DNA from: Glycera tridactyla
Taxonomy: Eukaryota
Length of the DNA stretch: 64,000 nt
NCBI GenBank assembly: GCA_965644265.1
Contig: OZ286475.1
Span: 45,632,001-45,696,000, forward strand
Reading direction: 5' to 3'
Positions 44,401 through 51,930 of the stretch are shown piece after piece. The position numbers were made by a program, and so were the translations under genes. Under the pieces are notes generated by a model. It searched no databases. It was given only the letters and a program-made list of their open reading frames with translations, and was not told where the DNA came from. Every line of letters starts with the position of its first letter. The stretch's first letter is position 1.

Positions 44401-47400
44401 TCTCCTTTTTGAGTAAGAGGGTGCCGCTTCAAAGAAAGGTTGACGACAAGTATAGTGTAAAGAGGTACACTGGGACTGTCTTCGCTGTTGATTGTGTTTA
44501 TTCTGGTATTCCCTCTACTTTCCATTCGAAATCAGCACCGAGTATTCGCTCAATATTTATTGCCCGAATTCAGCACCGAGTGTTCCCTCCATATTCATTG
44601 CCCAAAATCAGCACCGAGTGTTCCCTCCATATTCATTGTCCGAAATCAACACCGAGTATTCCCTCTATATTCATTGCCCGAAATCAGCACCGAGTGTTCC
44701 CTCCATATTCATTGCCCGAAATCAGCACCGAGTGTTCCCTCCATATTCATTGCCCAAAATCAACACCAAGTATTCCCTCTATATTCATCGCCCGAAATCA
44801 GCACTGAGTGTTCCCTCCATATTCATTGCCCGCATTCAGCACCGAGTTCCAGAATAAACGCTCTCTTCAGCCATTGCCCGAAAACAGCATCCATTGTACC
44901 TCTATATACTACTCATTCTCTCTGTGTGTTCCAGAGACTACATCGACGCCATCTATCGTGACGACGAGGACGCTATGTCCAGGTAGGTCAGTCTTTACAT
45001 GTGCTTCACCTCTACCATCTCCGAAGCTGGTTTGGAGTTGTCCGCTAATAATTGAAACATCGGTTTCTTCCGGTTGAGAGTGCTGCGCATTGCTTGAAGA
45101 GAAAACAGTGCCCTTTTGTCTAGCTCCATCTCATTTGGAACATAAATCATATCACATCAATCCTTTTTTCTGTGTGACCTCCATCCATGTGTTTAATTTT
45201 CTTTCCATGATTGATATCGACCTATGCGTCCATGTTTCTATGCTCTACGTTTGTTATTTATATTCGTTTGTTCTTTCGTCATATCAGTGTCCAAATGCGC
45301 TGATAATACGACTACATTGTTAAAGCTTTATTGTGAATGAAGTTTTTCAAATGGAAAATCAAAATCATGACTATAGAATTTAAGTGTCAGCTCGCAAGCA
45401 GTTACATAGTTGGATTTGTCATCATTAGGTTCATAATGCCCATGTGAGGTCCATAGAGATTTGCATATACTGTCAGTTCCATCCTCACAAAACTTTAGGT
45501 GCTCCAATATCTCGTGTTCAGAGTTTGTGAGAGTGATGCACGTAGGGGGAGAATGTCTAGCTCTCATTGATCAGAAACATACGGCATACATAATCCTCTG
45601 GGCTGTTACATGCTATAATACCTCAACCAAAGTGAACGAATTATATTTCAGTGTATACTGAGTTGGATCCAGGACAGGGTTCTGTGTGTGTTTTCCCGTT
45701 CACATATCGTGGAGAGACTTACTATAGTTGTACACCCGAGTCACATGATCGTCCCTGGTGCGCCACTACGGACAACTATCCCGAGGATAGACTATGGGGC
45801 AACTGTATCAGTAAGTAAACAGTTTTAAGTCACTGTCTAGCCCAGTGCATGCATTTCTTTATCCATGGGTGTGTAGTACTTAGGCTTATAGGTGGAATGC
45901 AACAGATGTAACCGTCTATGTACCGAATCGTGGTTCTTGCACAATGAGTGTTATAGTATCATGAATATACGATGATTAAAAAGAGACAATTGAAAAGATA
46001 TTCGAAGTAAAATTTTCATTCCGTCAATTTACCCATTAGCTCATATTATCCATGCCATATCATCTAATATTATGTCATTTTATCCTCATGAGAAAAGCCT
46101 TTTATGTATGTGTCACGAAATATGTTTACAGAATCCATCATTTATACTAACAAATATCACTGTTACCTCTAACCAATCTTATCTTTAAATAAACGATATA
46201 CTGGAAAAGGCTGCTATATGCAGTTAACTGTAGACTTCGTTTATAAATAAAGTTTTACGATACACTACAGTTACTCTAAGCTCATACTGGATGTCAGGCC
46301 GACATATTCTGACCTTTTTTCGTGATTTAGAATAAATCTCTGAAGAATCAGCTGTTTTTGAATGACGCAATGTAATAGTCTTGTAATGTTCTGTTATGTG
46401 AACTATTTGAACTATTGAAAGGGAGATGTACCAGATGATACATCTCAACAAACAATCAAATTTATGGCCTCCGTGCATATACATCATATTTTACCTTCAA
46501 GTCGGCAGTGTCGATTTATACTTCTCCCCTTGAAGCCATCCTTCACCACCAGAACCATGTTTGATGTCTCATCCAAATTTCAATATTACAATTATTGATG
46601 GAAGAACAAAAATTAATTTAAGTTATACGTAGCCCATTCGGCTCCAGACATTCAAGAGACTTCCAAATATTAGGGCTGGAAGACATAAAAGATTGGCGTT
46701 TCTTTTGTTTTTCTTTTTTTTCTTTTTCTCATATCAAAATAACTTATGAAGACTTTATGAAGTACCATCAGCAACAAGCCCAGCTTTTCCCCCCACCGCC
46801 AGTGTTCGGAAACACTAGAATGGAAGTCGGCGCGTGAGAACATGGGTTCTCTACTATATGTTTCAATAGAAATCACACAAGAACAGAACAACTGAAGCCG
46901 TTGAAAATACCAGTACAGGCAGTGGATTAGCATTTTGCCATCATTTCGTTTCAGTTTTGACGGAGGAGAATGAGCCATGTGTGTTTCCCTTCACGTATCG
47001 GGGCAGATCCTACGCAGAGTGTACACTGATCGACCGCTCTGACGCCTGGTGTGCAACCGCGACACCACTAACTGGATTCGGTGACGATAGATGGGGCTTC
47101 TGCAACATAGCATGTGAGTAAACATTCAGATCTGAAACAAACTAACTAGTGTTCTATTTGATTGCTTGTGATTCCAGTGACATTCAGGCGTGCATATGCT
47201 GTACTCAATGTCAGCATTTGTATGAAGCAGCAATTCACAAAGAGACATAAATTCTGTTTCATTAGCATCAGCTGTGAGTGACTGGAATACGATTCCTACA
47301 CGCCACTGCACAGAAAGGTTGATGCCGAGTATAGAAAGGCATTGGGTCAGCTGTAGACCACCTCCCAACACAATTATTCAATCAATCAAGCAATCACTGG

Positions 47401-50400
47401 TCATTCAAGAAACAGGTGAATAGTGAGTTTTCTTCTTTCTCTGTTTGTAGATGAACCAGGATGCCAAACCCAACGTGAGTACCAATTGTAGTTTGTGGAT
47501 AAAGACTGATTTCATCGTCATCGTTTTTGTTTTCAATGTCGTCTTCATTGTCGTAATTGCTGATATATTCGAAGGACAGACACGAACAAAGGAAGGACGA
47601 TATAGATGCAGGAGGACCAACAGACAGACAGATGAACAAACGAACACGAACAGATACTGCACACATGTACACACAAGCACACATACATACACGTGATTGT
47701 TATCGATTCATTTTGCAGCGCCATCTACGACAATGATGACGTCACCTACAATCGAGGTTTCTTGCTCAGGTGCGTGTATGCAATTATCTTTTGATCATTA
47801 TGCTTCGAAGACTATTCCTATACTGAGGTCACCTGATTATGAAGGCAATTTATCCACGCGACATTTGTAGGAATGAATACTCACAAAGACCACTGCACTT
47901 CATTGACACAGCTTCCTGTCGTATTTGATCTGAAATTCTTAATGAGAATTTGTTCTTGTCCCAAAACATTTAAGTACCCAGCACAAACTTCCCGACCTGT
48001 ATTCCTGACAATTGAACAATGAGCCAGTCAGTTAGTTTTGAATTCCAGTGCATTTGCGAAATACACTTTTACAGGCGGATCCCTGACTGTGTTTACTGTT
48101 GTTGTTTCGCAGTGCGTACGATAGAGGGCTCTGGTACGGATGGAGGTGCGAGATGTGTTTTCCCATTTGACTACAAAGGGCAGACTTACTATGAATGTAC
48201 ATCGGAGCGCCACGATCGACCCTGGTGTTCAACCACCAGAAACTATGCACGCGATAAGAAGTGGGGGGACTGCATGAGTGAGTTGAAAGTTCTTCAGATT
48301 TCGCTATTTTTTTTTTTTTTTTAGAGAAACTTCTTCATTTTCTGTGTGATGCCGGATTATAGTCACTGGCGTTTGATATGCCACCATGTGCAATTCCATG
48401 CTTTGATCATGTGATCCAGTGGCAAGATCTGGTAACTAAGTTCTGTTCCCGAGTCATGTTTGATTCTCTCAACTTCTTGTCGCAGTTCTCAGCTGGACAC
48501 CGAGATGATGTTGGGAAATATCTATCAATTGCTGGTGGTCAATTCACAAAGAAAAATATTTTTTCTTCTTGAAAGAAATGGGACTTAATTCATCAATGTT
48601 GATAAAGCATGCCTGTCTCCATCGTCGTCGTCGTCGTTGTGATCGTCGCCGTTCTCTTCTCCGTCATTGTCGTCGTCGTCGTCGTCTTCTTCTGTTAATT
48701 TTTCTCCATCTTCTTCTTCTCCTTCTTCTTCCTTTTCTCCTTTTTGACCATCAATATGAACATCATGATTGTACGATTTACTGAATGCTTGGGATTAGTC
48801 TGCCATTGTTTCTTCCGTTTTTTCTGTAATCATAGTATTATCATTTCAATTACATGTAATATCTTGTTGTAACAGCGATTTATTTAGGATGAGACTGAAT
48901 CACTAGATGAGAATTTTTCTGTTTTTTAGCAAAATCTGAAAGTGTACATCACGGGTCAAGTTACCTTCTGCATGGTCACTGATTCAGAAGCCTATCAAGG
49001 GTTCTCGAACGAACCATATCTTATTACTGCCATGGCTCAAGCTTTGTCTGGTCTAATATTGCCCAGATTCCACAAATTGCAGTCAGAATATGGATTAAGG
49101 TTGTGCCATGGCACAAGGTCAGTCGTACAAGAGCTTTTCCACATTTTGAAGATAATCAGCATCATACCATTGCAGATTTATCTCAGGAGCATGTTTAGGG
49201 TCTACAAATCATGAAAAGAATGATATATACTGTTATATACCAAGGAATAAAAGTATGTATGTTTCCGCAGTCGCTACCAATGATGGTGATGAGTGCCAGT
49301 TCCCGTTCATCTACAAGGGAGTCAACTACACCTCCTGCACCAGCACCGATCTCGACAGCCTCTGGTGTGCTACAGGGGTCACCACTCTAACCAGTCTTAG
49401 AAATAACGCCAGATGGAGCTACTGCTTACTCCTTTGTAAGTAACGGGGAAAGGAATACAATCATTAAATCACCATCAATGTGGACATGCAATACCCATGT
49501 GATGATGTGTATGATACATGTATGTACTAGTTTGGATATGTGCACCCGAGAAGTGTGAAAACCGTAATATCGCTCACAACAACCAATACGATCAACCTTT
49601 TTCATCACCGCCTTGATGATGANNNNNNNNNNNNNNNNNNNNNNNNNNNNNNNNNNNNNNNNNNNNNNNNNNNNNNNNNNNNNNNNNNNNNNNNNNNNNN
49701 NNNNNNNNNNNNNNNNNNNNNNNNNNNNNNNNNNNNNNNNNNNNNNNNNNNNNNNNNNNNNNNNNNNNNNNNNNNNNNNNNNNNNNNNNNNNNNNNNNGC
49801 AAAAGTAGCAACAGTGAAAGTTATGTCAGCGCCATCACCAACGACACCAACACGGACACCACCATCAGCACCATCAGCACCACCACCACTACTAGCACAG
49901 CTACCACTATCATCTTTTTCATGTACATACGGTCAGTTGAATAGCCATCTATCCGTATATATCTATGGCTTCCACTTCATGATGTGAGCAATGACGTATA
50001 AGGGTGTATTGTTCATTACCCCACGGATGATTGGATACGCCACATGGATGATTGATATATGATGAAGCTTGTAGAGTTGGATTAGGCCTTCCATGTCATA
50101 CCACAGATAGGAGTGAATCCATAAGATACATACCCATGAGATATCGTGAGTTATATCTCATGGTTTTTGAAAATATCTGATGGATGCTCTCGGCGATTAG
50201 ATTCGGTGATATTTTGACTTACCACTCTCCGTAATCGATGGGAAATATTGAAAACGTATCAATATCGATGAAAAATAGGCATTTTCCCTATGAATTCTTG
50301 AAGAGAATAAGTGTCGGACTGCTGACCTATATAACGTCTCGTAGATTATCACATGGATGTGCCATTTTCAGTGAAGTATCGGGTGTTGAGTATTGCGTGT

Positions 50401-51713
50401 GATACTTCACAGCTGGTTGGGAACAACTTTTTGATGATTTCTCCCCTAATCCATGTCATAAAAGCAAGACTATATGACCATGAGGTAAAAATGCAATACC
50501 TTCGGCCTCGTGACATCCGGTGTAATTTACACCTTGTTTGGTATCGCATTTTTACTTCACGGCTATGTAGTCTGGCTATGTATAGTCGTTTCAGCATTCA
50601 GTGCGACGCTTGATGATGTAACAATTGGCTGTAACCATGGTATCTCCCACTGATTCTGACGTAACAATGATTACCGTGCAGGCGACCAGTCCAACGCTTG
50701 CATTGTTATTGTGATCATACGCGCAGCATGGTGGCCGTTTTCGCCAGACCTCTCTCCAATTTAGAATTAATTTCTCTATTTTATCAACCCATTATCATGG
50801 ATTATCGGCGGTATGAGAACTAGAACGAATGATCATCGAATAAACTCACGATATCTCGCGGGGCGTTCTTGTTATATAACTCAATTTCGAAATCTACATT
50901 CTACAGTTGACCCCCATCAGTTGCCTAACTGTTGAGCTTTATATCTCACTCAAATGTGATGTTGAGGTACTTATCTCTGTTTTCAGACGAACCTAATTGT
51001 CCATTGCCATCAACAGAGGGCAGTACCCCTCTCTCTACAACCCTCCCAAGCACCACCATACACACCACTACTTCTCCTACCAGCACCATGACTGTTGAAC
51101 CTAGGATCTTATGTCCAGGTGAGGCAACTAATATCTATGATCAAAATGAGGCCGCTGATTTCAGGGAGGCTGTACAACGACACCTGGTGACAGGAGCGTG
51201 GCATTATTGAGTCTCGGTGATCGTTAGCACTCTTTCCCAGTCCGACTGAACCAGTACTGATGCACGGCATCTGACGAGGAAACCAAGTTAGGTGCTCGTG
51301 TAACGCCACTTCCGGTCAAGCGTTTCTCAGTGCATTCTGGTTGCGATTGAATGATATAACATTGACGGGAGGTGATAATCCGAGGATTAAAAGAGAGATG
51401 AGCAATTTTATATGCAATCATGCATGGAAGGCATGGATGAAAGGCGTGACAGGTGATCGCTGGTGAGCAAGTGAGCCAAGGATAGGTGTGAACATCAAAC
51501 ACACACTCTCTCTCTCACTCTCACTCGCTTTCTCTCTCTATAAATATATATACGTGTGAGGGGGCTAGCAAGTGACAAGCCATACTCAGAAGTGGAAAGC
51601 CATGGTCATGAGTGACGAGCCCCTGTTGGATGACAAGCGATTGACAAGAGAGGTGTGAAAAACTGCACATCACACTTCAGTGATTTACGGAACGTCTCTA
51701 CCCGTCCCTCTCT

Positions 51714-51783
<70 letters not shown>

Positions 51784-51861
51784 GCGCGCGCGTCGTCGTC
51801 TTCGGCCTCGTCGTCGCAGTCACTGATATTTTTGTGACATCTCCAGCCCCCCACCCCCCAC

Positions 51862-51930
<69 letters not shown>

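Noticed and set aside
44343-45077. Overlapping 121-157 aa ORFs in all three plus frames; repeat array superficially CRISPR-like
   Set aside because: A stop-free 38-bp minisatellite opens every frame. There are no unique spacers or cas genes, and the context is eukaryotic.
49799-49925. Thr/Ser-rich translation after the gap resembling a mucin exon
   Set aside because: Low-complexity CAC/CAT repeat with no CxG end or good donor; exon B15 already joins cleanly to 50987.
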